The notes: generated by a model not told the origin, from the letters alone. A stretch of DNA of 64,000 nt from an uncultured Armatimonadetes bacterium (GCA_963717145.1 OY970325.1:2944001-3008000), one strand, 5' to 3'. Counted from the stretch's first letter, positions 18,824-29,716 are shown. Numbers and translations are program-made.

Positions 18824-18968
18824 TGATGACATGTAGGGGCGAAGCATTGGCCGATCGGACTCCGCCGACGTTCGGCAGCAGTCGTGAGTGCTGATGATGA
18901 CATGTAGGGGCGAAGCATTGGCCGATCGGACTGCGCCGACCTTCGGCAACAATCGCCAATGCTTCGCC
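18821..18968. repeat. 71-bp tandem duplication containing a GTAGGGGCGAAGCATT REP-like element
   Basis: tgatgatgacatgtaggggcgaagcattggccgatcggact at 18821 and 18892; the second copy is closed by aatgcttcgccc. Confidence 0.85.
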
Positions 18969-18996
18969 CGGCTTGAGTAGGAGCAGGAGTATAAGT

Positions 18997-21900
18997 ATGA
19001 GTAAGAGCGTGGACATCGTGCCGTTCGGCAGGATATCGTACTGGACCGGGAGCGATCGGCTCACCATCGAGCGCCATGACGCGGACGGATGGACGCCCGT
19101 CGATGTCCCCGAGCAGGGCGGGCCGCACGTCGGCGTCGAATGGGAGCAGACGCGCCGGTTTTCGTCGATTATTGCGCATTTCGCCGACGATGCCCCCGAT
19201 CCGAGCCAGGTGCGGGTTCAGTATTGGCATCAGAACTGGCCGGAGCCCTGGATCGGCGGATGGACCGCGGTCGATGATCCCTTCAACGGCAAGTGGGTGA
19301 CAGCCAACGGGGAGTTCAAGATCGAGGGCGATACCTGGACCTTCACGTTCGATCCACTCGACATCACCGAGCTGGGTTCCGCTGAGGACTTCGCGGTGAC
19401 CTATCGTCAGGCGCTCAAGGTGCGACTGCTCTTCAAGGGCTGCTCCCCGAACATCGAATCGCTCGAAATCCGATCCGGCTCCGTCTGGAAGGAAGCCGAC
19501 CTCCGCATCGAATTCGGCCTCTCCGACGAGGGTCTGACCTACGGGGGCTCGGCCGTAGTCTCGGACGGCAGCGTGCTCGATCTCGATGACGGCAATCCCA
19601 AGAACGTCCGCCTCAAGGTGCTCTATGCGGACGGTGTCCCGACCGATCGCACGATCGTGACGATCAAATGCGTCGAGAGAAGCTTCTCGTTCCTGGTGTC
19701 GGACGCGCTCGACGGAGTGCACATCCCGGACCACGGCGTGTTCGTCAGCGAGGAAGGGAGAGGCGGCTATGCGGCATGGAGCGCGAACCGTCCGGCGGAT
19801 GTGCCGCGCCCGATCTTCGACCGCGTCATCGATGAGCCGGAACAGAGCTACGAGCGCGCGAGCGCCGAAGTCCCACAACTGATCAAGATCAAGCAGGACA
19901 AGTTCGGCAGATATGTACCGATCGGCTGCGACGCCAACCGCCAGGAGTTCGCGCTCCGGTTCAACGGCGATATCTTCGCCGACAAGCATGAACTCAAACT
20001 GGTAGGCAGAGATCCGGCAAGACTCCTCTGGCCCGGATCGAACATATGGTTCAAGTTTCCGACCGGCGATCCGCCCGACTTCCGAGAGCGAGAGGACGGC
20101 ACGGAGCAGTCGGCGCAGAACGACTACCTCCCGATCTATACATCCACGTGGAAGGACCGGGAGTTCGCCTACGAGATGACCGCCTTCTCAGCTCTCCTGC
20201 ACGAATCCCCCTGGGAGGAAGAGAAGAAGCGCGGGGACGAGCCGATGGTGGCTTTGTCGAGGATCAAGATCAGGAACACGACCGAGGAGAAACGCACCGC
20301 CCGGTTCTGGATTGTGATAGAACAGCCGGAAAAGCTGGACACAGATTCCAAGGGTTTCGTCTACGCAGTCGGCCGCGCAAGAGACGACAGCGTGCCCGAC
20401 TCGGCCCTCCAGAAGCGGTGGACCGTGGAGCAGTATCCATCCCGCAGACTCCGAGCGCAGGTTCGGACACAGGGCCGAGGCGAACTGAGGGCGGTCGCAT
20501 GCACATACCAACCGCTCGATGTCACGAGCATCCCGAATGCCGTCGCATACGACATCGAACTCGAACCGAGATCGAGCCATCAGCTCGAGCTGTTCATCCC
20601 ATTCATCACCTTCACCGGCGATGAGGGCCGCGATGCCGTTGCCGCTCTCGACTACGATGCCAAGCTTGCCGAGATGACGGAGTACTGGCAGGCGCAGATC
20701 GACGCCGGCGCGAAGATCCAGGTTCCAGAGCAGCTTCTGAATGATTTCAACAAGGCCAACGTCGCCCACATCGCCATCACCGCCGACAGGGACATCGACA
20801 CCGGCCTGTACATGCTCGGCGCGGGGACGTGGCGATACCAGATATACGGCACCGAAACCGTCGACCAGTGCCGTTCGCTCGACCTCAGGGGCTACCACGA
20901 CCGGGCGCGGAAGTACCTGATGCCGTTCGTCGAATGCCAGGGCACGCGCCGGATGGATGGACGCTTTGCGACACAAGAAGGCGCGCTCCACGGGGTTCGC
21001 GTGAACGATTCGTACGACTACCAGGTCGGCGATTACAGCCTCGATCACGGCACGGTACTCTGGTGGCTCGGCGAGCACTACCTGTTCACCCGCGACTCGG
21101 ACTGGCTCACCTCCATCGCGGCTAACCTGATCGCCGCATGCGATTACGTCACCCGCGAGCGCCAGGCGTCGATGCGGACGAACGCGTCCGGCGAGAAGGT
21201 CTGGGAGTACGGGCTGCTTCCACCATGTCATCTGGACGACAACCCGGAGTGGCAATACTGGTACATCGTCAACGCGCTCGCATTCCGGGGCATGACATCC
21301 GCCGCCCGCGCGCTCGGCGATATCGCGCACCCGGAGGCCGCTCGATTGGCATCCGAGGCACAGGCGTATGGCGATGATATCCGACGGTCGCTGGCCAGGT
21401 CGATCGACCTGTCGCCGGTCGTTCGGCTCGCGGACGGCACGTATGTCCCACACACGCCGGTCAGATGCCGTCTCCAGGGCCGGGATGTCGGATGGATTCG
21501 GGAGTCGCTCTACGGCCCGCTGTTCAACGTCGACTGCGGCCTGATCGATCTCGATGCGCCCGAAGTGACATGGATGCAGAAGGACTACGAGGACAACATC
21601 TTCGTCACCCGGTCGCTGGGAAGGCAGGTCGATCTGGAGCGCTTCTGGTTCAGCCAGGGTGGGCACACGATTCAGTCGAACCTTCTGCCGAACACGCTGG
21701 TCTACGCCGCCAGAGATCAGATCAGGCACGCCCTGAGGGCCTTCTACAACAGCATGGCGGCGAATCTCTATGCCGACGTGCGCTGCTTCACGGAGCATCC
21801 GGTCGCCGCTTACGGCCTCGGCGCGGGCCCGCTCTACAAGACGCCCGATGAGTCCGCGTTCCTGACCTGGTTCCGCTACCTGCTTCTGACCGAGCGGGGC

Positions 21901-22230
21901 AACGATCTCATCATCGCGCCCGGGACTCCGAGGGCCTGGATGCAGGACGGCAAGGAGATTGTGGTCGAGGAGATGCCGACCCACTTCGGCCCGGTGAGTT
22001 ACCGGATCGTGTCCGAGGCGGCGAAAGGTCGAGTCGGCGTCGAGATCACTCCTCCCAGACGGAACCCGCCCGAGCAGATTGTCGTGCGGCTCAGGTATAT
22101 CCGGTGGCTGAAGCACAAGTCGGTGACGGTGAACGGCTCGCCGCACAACATAAAGAATGAGTACAGCCGGCACACGATCACGCTCGAAGGCCCGTTCCCG
22201 GAGCGGATCGAAATACTCGTCGAATATTGA
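18997..22230 (+). CDS. large putative glycoside hydrolase/phosphorylase, paralog 2
   Basis: Colinear with 15545-18823 over its full length. Confidence 0.65.
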   Translation: MSKSVDIVPFGRISYWTGSDRLTIERHDADGWTPVDVPEQGGPHVGVEWEQTRRFSSIIAHFADDAPDPSQVRVQYWHQNWPEPWIGGWTAVDDPFNGKWVTANGEFKIEGDTWTFTFDPLDITELGSAEDFAVTYRQALKVRLLFKGCSPNIESLEIRSGSVWKEADLRIEFGLSDEGLTYGGSAVVSDGSVLDLDDGNPKNVRLKVLYADGVPTDRTIVTIKCVERSFSFLVSDALDGVHIPDHGVFVSEEGRGGYAAWSANRPADVPRPIFDRVIDEPEQSYERASAEVPQLIKIKQDKFGRYVPIGCDANRQEFALRFNGDIFADKHELKLVGRDPARLLWPGSNIWFKFPTGDPPDFREREDGTEQSAQNDYLPIYTSTWKDREFAYEMTAFSALLHESPWEEEKKRGDEPMVALSRIKIRNTTEEKRTARFWIVIEQPEKLDTDSKGFVYAVGRARDDSVPDSALQKRWTVEQYPSRRLRAQVRTQGRGELRAVACTYQPLDVTSIPNAVAYDIELEPRSSHQLELFIPFITFTGDEGRDAVAALDYDAKLAEMTEYWQAQIDAGAKIQVPEQLLNDFNKANVAHIAITADRDIDTGLYMLGAGTWRYQIYGTETVDQCRSLDLRGYHDRARKYLMPFVECQGTRRMDGRFATQEGALHGVRVNDSYDYQVGDYSLDHGTVLWWLGEHYLFTRDSDWLTSIAANLIAACDYVTRERQASMRTNASGEKVWEYGLLPPCHLDDNPEWQYWYIVNALAFRGMTSAARALGDIAHPEAARLASEAQAYGDDIRRSLARSIDLSPVVRLADGTYVPHTPVRCRLQGRDVGWIRESLYGPLFNVDCGLIDLDAPEVTWMQKDYEDNIFVTRSLGRQVDLERFWFSQGGHTIQSNLLPNTLVYAARDQIRHALRAFYNSMAANLYADVRCFTEHPVAAYGLGAGPLYKTPDESAFLTWFRYLLLTERGNDLIIAPGTPRAWMQDGKEIVVEEMPTHFGPVSYRIVSEAAKGRVGVEITPPRRNPPEQIVVRLRYIRWLKHKSVTVNGSPHNIKNEYSRHTITLEGPFPERIEILVEY

Positions 22231-22240
22231 GGTGGAATAG

Positions 22241-24922
22241 ATGCGCAAAGAACTGATGCAGGTTGGCCCGCAGCGGACGTTCACGGGACGGCAGCTCACG
22301 GAGATCGCATTCCCGATCGGAGGGATCGGCACGGGGACTATCAGCCTCGGAGGGCGGGGCAACCTCCGCGACTTCGAGATCGCCAACAAGCCCGCGAAAG
22401 GCAACATCATCCCCTTCGCCTTCTTCGCGCTCTGGGCGAAGTCCGAGGGGTCAGCTTCGGTGGCGAAGATCCTGGAGGGCAAAGTGCCCCCACCCTATCG
22501 CAGCGGGTTCGGCGAGCCGCAGAACCAACTCCAGGGAGTCGCGCGGTTCGAGTCGGCGTCGTTCAAGGGCGAGTACCCGGTCGCGACGGTCGAGCTGTCC
22601 GATCCAGAGATGCCGGTGACCGCCAAGCTGACCGCGTGGAATCCGTTCATCCCGCTCAACGTCAAGGATAGCGCGCTGCCGGTCGGGATCTACGAGTGGA
22701 CGTTCACCAATCCAACCGACAGGCCCGTGAAGATATCCCTCGCCGCCTCGATGCAGAACCCCGTCGGCAAGCTCGATGAGAACAGGAACTACGTCAGCAC
22801 TGGGGCGATCAACGCGTATCAGGCGGTCGGCAAGCTGAAGGGCATCGCGTTCTCCCATCCCGATGCCGATCCCGCGAACCCGATGACCGGCACTCTAGCG
22901 CTGACGACGACCTGGAAGTCGCCGGACGTGCAGACCCGATGGTATCGGGGCGGCTGGTGGGACAAGTGCCACATCTTCTGGGACGACTTCTCCTCCGACG
23001 GGCGACTCAGGCCGCTCATCGACACCGAGCCCGCGGGCGGCGCGTCCGACATCGCGTCACTGGCCATGCATGCGACCGTTCCCGCAGGCGAATCGGTCAC
23101 GATCCCGGTCATGATCGCCTGGCACTATCCCAGGATGGCGAACCCGTGGCCGCCTGCGGGAGTCACCGATCCCGAGCCGCTCGATACATACGTCTCGCAC
23201 TTCGAGAGCGCCTGGGCGGTGGCTGAGTATGTAACGAAGAACCTCGACCGCCTGCGCGAGGAGACCGATCGCTGGTGGGACGCCATATTCCCGAGCACCC
23301 TTCCGAGCTACGTGATCGAGGCGATCACCTCCCAGGCGAGCATCATGCGCTCCCCGACCTGCTTCCTCCTCGCCGATGGGAACTTCTTCGGCTGGGAAGG
23401 CACGAGCGACACCGGCGGCTGCTGTCACGGCAACTGCACGCACGTCTGGAACTACGAGCAGGCGGTGGCGTTCCTCTTCCCGGAGTTGGAGCGGACGATG
23501 CGCCGGACCGAGTTCCTGCACAACACGCGCCCGACCGGCAACATGGCGTTCCGGTCGCAACTCCCGCCGGGATCGGGGCTCATGGAGTTCAAGCCGTGCG
23601 CCGACGGGCAGATGGGCACGATCATCCAGGTCTACCGCGACTGGAAGCTCTCCGGTGACGATGCGTTCCTGAAGGAGATCTGGCCGAACGTCAAGCTCGC
23701 CCTGGAATACGCCTGGACCATGACCTTCGACAAGATGACGCCCCCGGCTCAAGAGGGCGGGCGGAGCATCGACTCGCCCTGGGACCCGGACAAGGACGGC
23801 GTCATGGAGGGCGAGCAGCACAACACTTACGACATCGAGTTCTACGGCCCGAACACCATGTGTACGGCGATGTACCTGGGCGCGCTGAGGGCGTGCGAGG
23901 AGATCGCCCGACATCTCGGTGAGACGACCAAGGCCGACGAGTATCTCGCTGTCTACGAGAGCGGGCGGGCGAAGGTCGAGGGCGACCTCTGGAACGGCGA
24001 GTACTACATCCAGCAGGTGAAGGTGATCGACGGGGTAGTCGTCCCCGACGTCCTGAAGTCCCCGACCGACGAGACTTGCGGGCCGGAGTGCGCCTGCAAG
24101 AAGTCGCCCGGCGGGAAGTCCCCGGCGCTCGGGGATGGGGATGTCGTACCGAAGTACCAGTACGGCGAGGGATGCCTCTCGGATCAGTTGCTCGGCCAGT
24201 GGGCGTCGCACGTCGCGGGGATCGGTTACATCCTCGACCCGGAGCGCGTTCGGACCGCCGTTGCGTCGATCTTCAAGCACAACTTCCTCCCCAGGATCGG
24301 CGACTTCAGCAACGTCCAGCGGGTCTACGCCCTGAACGACGAGCCCGGCCTGCTTCTGTGCTCCTGGCCGAAGGGAAACCGCCCCACCCTGCCTTTCGTC
24401 TACTCGGACGAGGTCTGGACGGGGATCGAGTTCCACGTCGCGGCCCATCTCATCTACGAGGGGCTGATCGAGGAGGGACTGGCGATCGTCAAGGGCGTGA
24501 CCGAGCGGTATCGCGGAGACAACCGGAATCCATGGAACGAGGTCGAGTGCGGACACCACTATGCCCGTGCGATGTCCTCATGGTCGGTGAAGCTCGCGCT
24601 CGACGGCTTCTCCTTCGATCTGCCGGCGGGGCGGCTCGGTTTCTCCCCGAAGATCGGCCCGGAGGACTACCGCACGTTCTGGTCGACCGGCACGGGATGG
24701 GGCGTCTACTCTCAGGACCTCGATGAGAACACCTTCCGCTTCGAGGTGCTCTACGGGAAGCAAACGGTGAGGCAGCTCGATCTCTCGGACCTTCCGGACG
24801 GCGATCTCAAGGTCACCGTGCCCTCGGGACCGGCCGACGCGCGGATCGACGGCAGGAGTGTGATCTTCAGTGCGCCGGTCACCTTATCCGCCGGGGAAGC
24901 GATCGAGATGAAACGAGCTTAG
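22241..24922 (+). CDS. GH116 family glycoside hydrolase (non-lysosomal glucosylceramidase-like)
   Basis: FPIGGIGTGTISLGGRG, WNPFIP, GWEG...GCCHGNCTHVWNY, ADGQMG, QHNTYDIE, DQLLGQW, EVWTGIE, NPWNEVECGHHYARAMSSW. Confidence 0.9.
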   Translation: MRKELMQVGPQRTFTGRQLTEIAFPIGGIGTGTISLGGRGNLRDFEIANKPAKGNIIPFAFFALWAKSEGSASVAKILEGKVPPPYRSGFGEPQNQLQGVARFESASFKGEYPVATVELSDPEMPVTAKLTAWNPFIPLNVKDSALPVGIYEWTFTNPTDRPVKISLAASMQNPVGKLDENRNYVSTGAINAYQAVGKLKGIAFSHPDADPANPMTGTLALTTTWKSPDVQTRWYRGGWWDKCHIFWDDFSSDGRLRPLIDTEPAGGASDIASLAMHATVPAGESVTIPVMIAWHYPRMANPWPPAGVTDPEPLDTYVSHFESAWAVAEYVTKNLDRLREETDRWWDAIFPSTLPSYVIEAITSQASIMRSPTCFLLADGNFFGWEGTSDTGGCCHGNCTHVWNYEQAVAFLFPELERTMRRTEFLHNTRPTGNMAFRSQLPPGSGLMEFKPCADGQMGTIIQVYRDWKLSGDDAFLKEIWPNVKLALEYAWTMTFDKMTPPAQEGGRSIDSPWDPDKDGVMEGEQHNTYDIEFYGPNTMCTAMYLGALRACEEIARHLGETTKADEYLAVYESGRAKVEGDLWNGEYYIQQVKVIDGVVVPDVLKSPTDETCGPECACKKSPGGKSPALGDGDVVPKYQYGEGCLSDQLLGQWASHVAGIGYILDPERVRTAVASIFKHNFLPRIGDFSNVQRVYALNDEPGLLLCSWPKGNRPTLPFVYSDEVWTGIEFHVAAHLIYEGLIEEGLAIVKGVTERYRGDNRNPWNEVECGHHYARAMSSWSVKLALDGFSFDLPAGRLGFSPKIGPEDYRTFWSTGTGWGVYSQDLDENTFRFEVLYGKQTVRQLDLSDLPDGDLKVTVPSGPADARIDGRSVIFSAPVTLSAGEAIEMKRA

Positions 24923-24929
24923 CCGGGTA

Positions 24930-24958
24930 TTGACAAACGGCGTGCGCTATTGTATACT
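24930..24958 (+). promoter_or_regulatory. sigma70 promoter of the mvhD-metF-glt-hdr operon
   Basis: TTGACA-17 nt-TATACT, near consensus. Confidence 0.75.
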
Positions 24959-25134
24959 ACGGATGTGTTCTCAGCCAGCGAGGGTTGGGACAGAATCTAT
25001 CCTGTGCGATTCGCAGAAGTGTCGTGCAGGAAGGACGATTGGCAGTCCACCGGTACAACCACGATGTAAGTGGATGACAGGTGGATTTTGTTTGTCTGGG
25101 AATGTAGACGATTACATTGCAAGGAAAAGCACGG

Positions 25135-25530
25135 ATGTCGGAAGATCGAGTAGCGGTCCGCATATACTATTGCCGGAATTCCGTGCCGAACGGACGGGTT
25201 CCCGGTTCGCTCGCGCGACTGGAGCAGCGGACGGACGTGGCGTTAGAGGCCGTTCCGTGCAGCGGACGGATCGATCCCCGATACATCCTCAAGGCGTTCG
25301 AGGGCGGCGCATCGAAGGTATGCCTGCTCGCATGTCCCGAGGACGAATGCAAGCTGCTCGAGGGGAATCTCAGGGCGATCAAGAGGATCGAGGCCGCGCG
25401 AGAACTGCTCGCGGAGGCAGGCGTCGATCCCTGCTCGGTTCGGATGTTTGAGTCGGAAGACTTAGAGCCTGACAGCTTTGACTTGATAGTGGAAGATATC
25501 ACGCGGTTCGCAGACGAGGTGATTGGATGA
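25135..25530 (+). CDS. mvhD: MvhD/FlpD-like [2Fe-2S] subunit (divergent)
   Basis: YYC...VPCSGRIDPRYILKAFEGGA...ACPEDECKLLEGN. Confidence 0.8.
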   Translation: MSEDRVAVRIYYCRNSVPNGRVPGSLARLEQRTDVALEAVPCSGRIDPRYILKAFEGGASKVCLLACPEDECKLLEGNLRAIKRIEAARELLAEAGVDPCSVRMFESEDLEPDSFDLIVEDITRFADEVIG

Positions 25531-26382
25531 CAGACGGAAACCTGGCAAAGGCCATCAAAGGCGGCGAGTTCATACTCACGGGCGAGTGCTATCCGCCCAG
25601 GGGAGCTGATCCCTCGGGACTCAGGGAATGTGCAGCCGCGCTCAAGGGACTCGTGCAGGCGATCAACGTCCCGGAGAGCGAGGACGGCCCGCGCATGGCA
25701 AGCATCGCGGCATGCAAGCACGTTCTCGATGCCGGGGCCGAGCCGATCCTCCATCTGCTGACCCGCGATCTGAACCGCATCGCGCTCCAGGCGACCATTC
25801 TCGGCGCGGCCTCCCTGGGTGTGAAGAACGTCCTCTGCCTCGCGGGATGGCATCAGGCGCTGACGTCCACCGGGGACGCGAGGGGCGTATTCGATGTCGA
25901 TCCAATCCAGCTTCTCCAGGTCGCCGATTCGATCCGCAAGGGCGGGCGGCTCTCCAACGGCGAGACCATCGACGCGCCGATCGATCTCCTGCTCGGAGCG
26001 CTGACGAACCCGTTCTCCGATCCGATGGAGCTTCAGGTGATCGCGCTCGATCGCGCGGTCGCATCGGGCGCGGACTTCATCATCACCCAGCCCGTGTTCA
26101 ACACCGAACGCTTCGCCGAATGGATGGCGGCGGTCAGGGATCGCGGAATCCACGAGCGAACCTGCATCATCGCAACCGTCATGCCGCTGAAGTTGGCGGA
26201 GGATGCAAAGGCTCTGGCTGAGAAGTTCCGCGGCTTGGACATACCGGATCCTTCCACGGCGGGAGCGGAAGCGGCTGGCCAGGACGGCCTCGTTCCTGAA
26301 GGGCGTGGAGGGCGTGCGCGGCATCCACGTGATGAACGAAGACATCGCCCTCGCGGTGGAAGTCTTGAAGGGTTTGAAGTAG
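25527..26382 (+). CDS. metF: methylenetetrahydrofolate reductase MetF (frameshift near 26250-26280)
   Basis: TGECYPPRG, RDLNRIALQ, NVLCLAG, GADFIITQPVF; the conserved GVRGIHVM C-terminus is in a shifted frame ending at TAG 26382. Confidence 0.8.
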
Positions 26383-26383
26383 G

Positions 26384-26476
26384 GAAATGTCCCCCTTACG
26401 AAGGGGGACCGGCCTCTGGGCCGAGGGGGTTTCTGCGGACGAACCTCCCCCAGCCCCTCCTTCGTAAGGAGGGGAG
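26384..26476. repeat. CCCCCTT..AAGGGGG REP-like element; first 49 bp identical to 38308-38356
   Basis: gaaatgtcccccttacgaagggggaccggcctctgggccgagggggttt at both sites. Confidence 0.9.
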
Positions 26477-26490
26477 CATAAGGAACTAAC

Positions 26491-27845
26491 ATGCCGGCGA
26501 AATACCACATTCACATAGAGCCGAAGCCGCCGAAGAATAAAGTCATCGGCAAGTACGGCATCGTCGACTGGCGCGAAGACTGCTCGGCCTGCCACAACTG
26601 CGTGAAGCGCGAGTGCGCATACAGCGTCTACGACGAAGAGCGCGACAGGTTGCAGGGCGCGACCGACTACGTCGACTACCTCTACGAGTGCAAGGGATGC
26701 CTCTGCTGCGTGCAGACATGCACCAAGGGCCTGCTCACGCAGGAGGTCAACCCGGAGTTCGAGGCGCTCGGGGATGAAGTCTAGACCCCGGATATCATCT
26801 CGACGCACGTGGTTTCAGGCCGAGACCGGCAAGATCCCCGTCTCGGGCGCAGGATATCCCGGGCCGTTCAGGGGCCCCGGGTTCGATTCGATCCTGACCG
26901 ACATGTCGGAGATCGTCCGCCCGACGCGCGACGGCATCCACGGCAGGGAGTACATCAGCACGCAGGTCGAGATCGGCCGGAAGCTCCCGTCGCTCTCGTT
27001 CAACGCGGACGGCTCGCTCGCGGAAGCATATCCCACGCAGGTCGAGATCCCGCTCCCGATACTTTTCAACCTCCTGCCCTGGCATTCACCATCGGAGAAC
27101 GTGACGCTGGCCATCCTCGATGCCGCGAAGGCGCTCGGGACATTCGCTATCACCGACACGCAGACCGATCATGTGGCGGCGACCTCGCATATCGAGGGCC
27201 AAACCGCCGACCTCAAAGGGAAGCGCCTCGTCGAGTGGTCCGACTCGCCCGATGTGGTCGGGCAGGTCAGACAGGCGAAAGCGGGCCAGTCCCGATCTGG
27301 TCGCGATGGTCCGTCTTCCGCTTGGCATGCAATCGATTACACGCGCGCTCGAACTCGCCGAGCAGGGAGTCGAGGCGATCCATGTCGCCGCCGATTGGCA
27401 CGGCGTCGCGTCGGACGGACTGCACATTACCAAGGCGGTCCGCGCGCTCCACCAGGCCTTCGTGGAACGAGGGAACCGCGATGCCGTAACCATCATCGCC
27501 AGCGGCGGGATTTCGCTCGCGGAACACGTGGCGAAGACGGTCATCTGCGGGGCGGATCTCGTGGCGATCGACGTGCCGTTGATGGTCGCCCTCGAGTGCC
27601 GGGTCTGCCAGGATTGCAGGCAGAACGTGCAGTGCCCCATGGACCTGGCGGATGTCGATCACGACTACGCCGTCCAGCGGATCGTGAACCTGATCGGCGC
27701 GTGGCACAGCCAGCTCCTCGAGATGATGGGCGCGATGGGCATCCGCGAGGTCAGACGCCTTCGCGGAGAGGTCGGCCGCGCGATGTTCTTCGAGGACCTG
27801 GAGCGCGACTGCTTCGGCCCGGTCTTCGGAAAACGCAAGGCGTAA
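26491..27845 (+). CDS. ferredoxin + glutamate synthase FMN-domain-like subunit (divergent; in-frame TAG and frameshifts)
   Basis: CSACHNC/CKGCLCCVQTC, GFDSILTDMSEIVRP, IIASGGI, ECRVCQDC...CP, MGAMGIREVRRLRGE spread across three frames. Confidence 0.75.
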
Positions 27846-28039
27846 ATTCGAAATTCGAAGCACGAAATTCGAAACAAACGGCAAAAAAGCAAAAAGGCAA
27901 ATCGGAAAACCGGCCGGCGACAGGCAGTTTGCTTTTTGGAGTTTTCCGCTATTCGGATTTGTTTCGGATTTCGAGCTTCGAATTTCGTGCTTAGTTCTTG
28001 AGTTTTGTTTCTGATTTCGATATTCGAATTTCGTGCTTT
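27845..28039. repeat. inverted heptamer array hairpin (AAATTCG / CGAATTT type)
   Basis: gaaattcgaagcacgaaattcgaaacaaa pairs with tttgtttcggatttcgagcttcgaatttc. Confidence 0.85.
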
Positions 28040-28050
28040 CTGAGGTAGTT

Positions 28051-29613
28051 ATGGCAGCGACAATCGATCCAGGCAGAATACATACCGGCGAGGTCGCGGA
28101 CCTCGGGGTCGAGTATCCCCCGAAGCGCGAAGTCCGTCCGGCGCCGGACAGATTTCGGAACAACCTGAGCAAGTATCGCATCCATCGAAGCTCGGCATGC
28201 GTCAAGTGCGGGAAGTGCGATCGAGGTATGCCCGCGCGGCGTGCACGTGCGTCCCGAGGGATACGTCGACTTCCTCACGGGCCTCGACTGGCTCTGCACC
28301 GCCGAGAAGTGCAAGGCGAACGGCACGTACTGCGTCGATCTCTGCCCGCAGAAGGCGCTTCGGATCGAGACGACGCCGATCTACAAGTCACTCGGCGACT
28401 ACCGCTGGACCGCCGATCTGATCCTCACGACCTGGCACATGGCCGAGACCGGCGAGCCTCCCGACGGCGAGCTGGAGTGCCAGATCGGCAACTCCGGCGG
28501 CGGGTTCGACCGATGCGGTTCAACTTCCCCGAGAACGGCCCGCGCACCGATCCGGCTGAGATCATCGACCGCGATCGAGCTGAACCGCGGAAGCGACAAC
28601 CGGCCCAAGATCACGATCGACATCCCCGTCTACGGCGGCGGCATGTCGTTCGGCTCGGTCAGCCCGCACACGATGCTGGCGAAGGCACGCGCGGCGATGG
28701 CTTGGAACACATTCAGCTGCACCGGCGAGGGCGGCTATCCCGAGCGGCTCTTCCCGTACAGCGAGCACATGATCACGCAGGTCGCGACCGGGCTGCTTCG
28801 GCGTCCGCGAGGAAACGATCCAGATGGCGCCGATCGTCGAGTTCAAGTACGCTCAGGGCGCGAAGCCCGGACTCGGCGGACACCTGCTGGGCGACAAGAA
28901 CACGCCCGCGGTCGCCGCGATGCGCGAGGCCGTGGCCGGGACGCCGCTCTTCTCGCCGTTCCCGTTCCACAGCGTCTACTCGGTCGAGGACCACAAGAAG
29001 CACGTGGACTGGATCAAGCATATCAACCCGCGGGCGCTGGTCTCCGGCGAAGGTTTCGACTCCGGTTGACGTCGATATGGTCGCGGTCGGCTCGTACTAC
29101 GCCGGCGCGCATATCGTCCACCTCGACGGCAGCTACGGCGGCACCGGCGCTGCGCCCGACATCGCGAAGAAGAACATCGCGATGCCGATCGAGTATGCGA
29201 TCCCGAAGGTGCACACGGTTCCTCGAGGAGGAGGGCATCCGCGACGAGGTAACGCTTCATCGTGAGCGGCGGGGTTCGGACCGCGTAGGACATGGCAAAG
29301 GCGATCGCACTCGGCGCGGACGGAGTCGTGATCGGCACGTCGGAGATGGTGGCGCTGGGCTGCATCCGGTGCGGACGAGTGCGAGAGCGGCAAGGGCTGC
29401 GCGCGCGGGATCGCCATCGACCGAACCCGGAGATGGTCGCGAAGATGACCGTCGAGTGGGGCACTCAGCGGCTGATCAACATGCTGGCCGCCTGGCGGAT
29501 GCAGCTTGTGGACATTCTGAGCCGATTCGGCATGAAGCGATATCAAAGAATTGCGCGGGCGATCGGATCTCCTCGAGCATTTGGATTACGAGGGAGTAGC
29601 GAGTAACGAGTAA
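28051..29613 (+). CDS. glutamate synthase FMN-binding subunit (GltB2-type) with N-terminal ferredoxin (multiple frameshifts)
   Basis: CVKCGKC, GGGMSFGS, CTGEGG, QVATG, EFKYAQGAKPGLGGHL, LDGSYGGTGAAP, SGGVRT, AKAIALGAD. Confidence 0.8.
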
Positions 29614-29623
29614 AGAAAAGCAC

Positions 29624-29679
29624 CGATCTCCAGACGACTCCGTCGTCGACCGGTCGACGACGGAGTCGTCTGGAGATCG
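29624..29679. repeat. perfect 56-bp palindrome nested in GAGTAAC/GTTACTC-type heptamer arms
   Basis: cgatctccagacgactccgtcgtcgacc|ggtcgacgacggagtcgtctggagatcg. Confidence 0.9.
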
Positions 29680-29716
29680 ACGTCCTACTCATTACTCGTC
29701 ACTCGTTAGGTTTGTT

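Noticed and set aside
20188-24559. Long antisense ORFs (20188-22482, 23057-24559; also 11483-13147, 57090-58925)
   Set aside because: Shadow ORFs of GC3-biased genes on the opposite strand, with no recognisable domains.
26782-29288. In-frame TAG codons (26782-26784, 29286-29288) as pyrrolysine or recoding
   Set aside because: They sit where Trp/Tyr codons one substitution away would fit, inside an error-dense region. TAG is used as a normal stop elsewhere and no pyl genes are seen.
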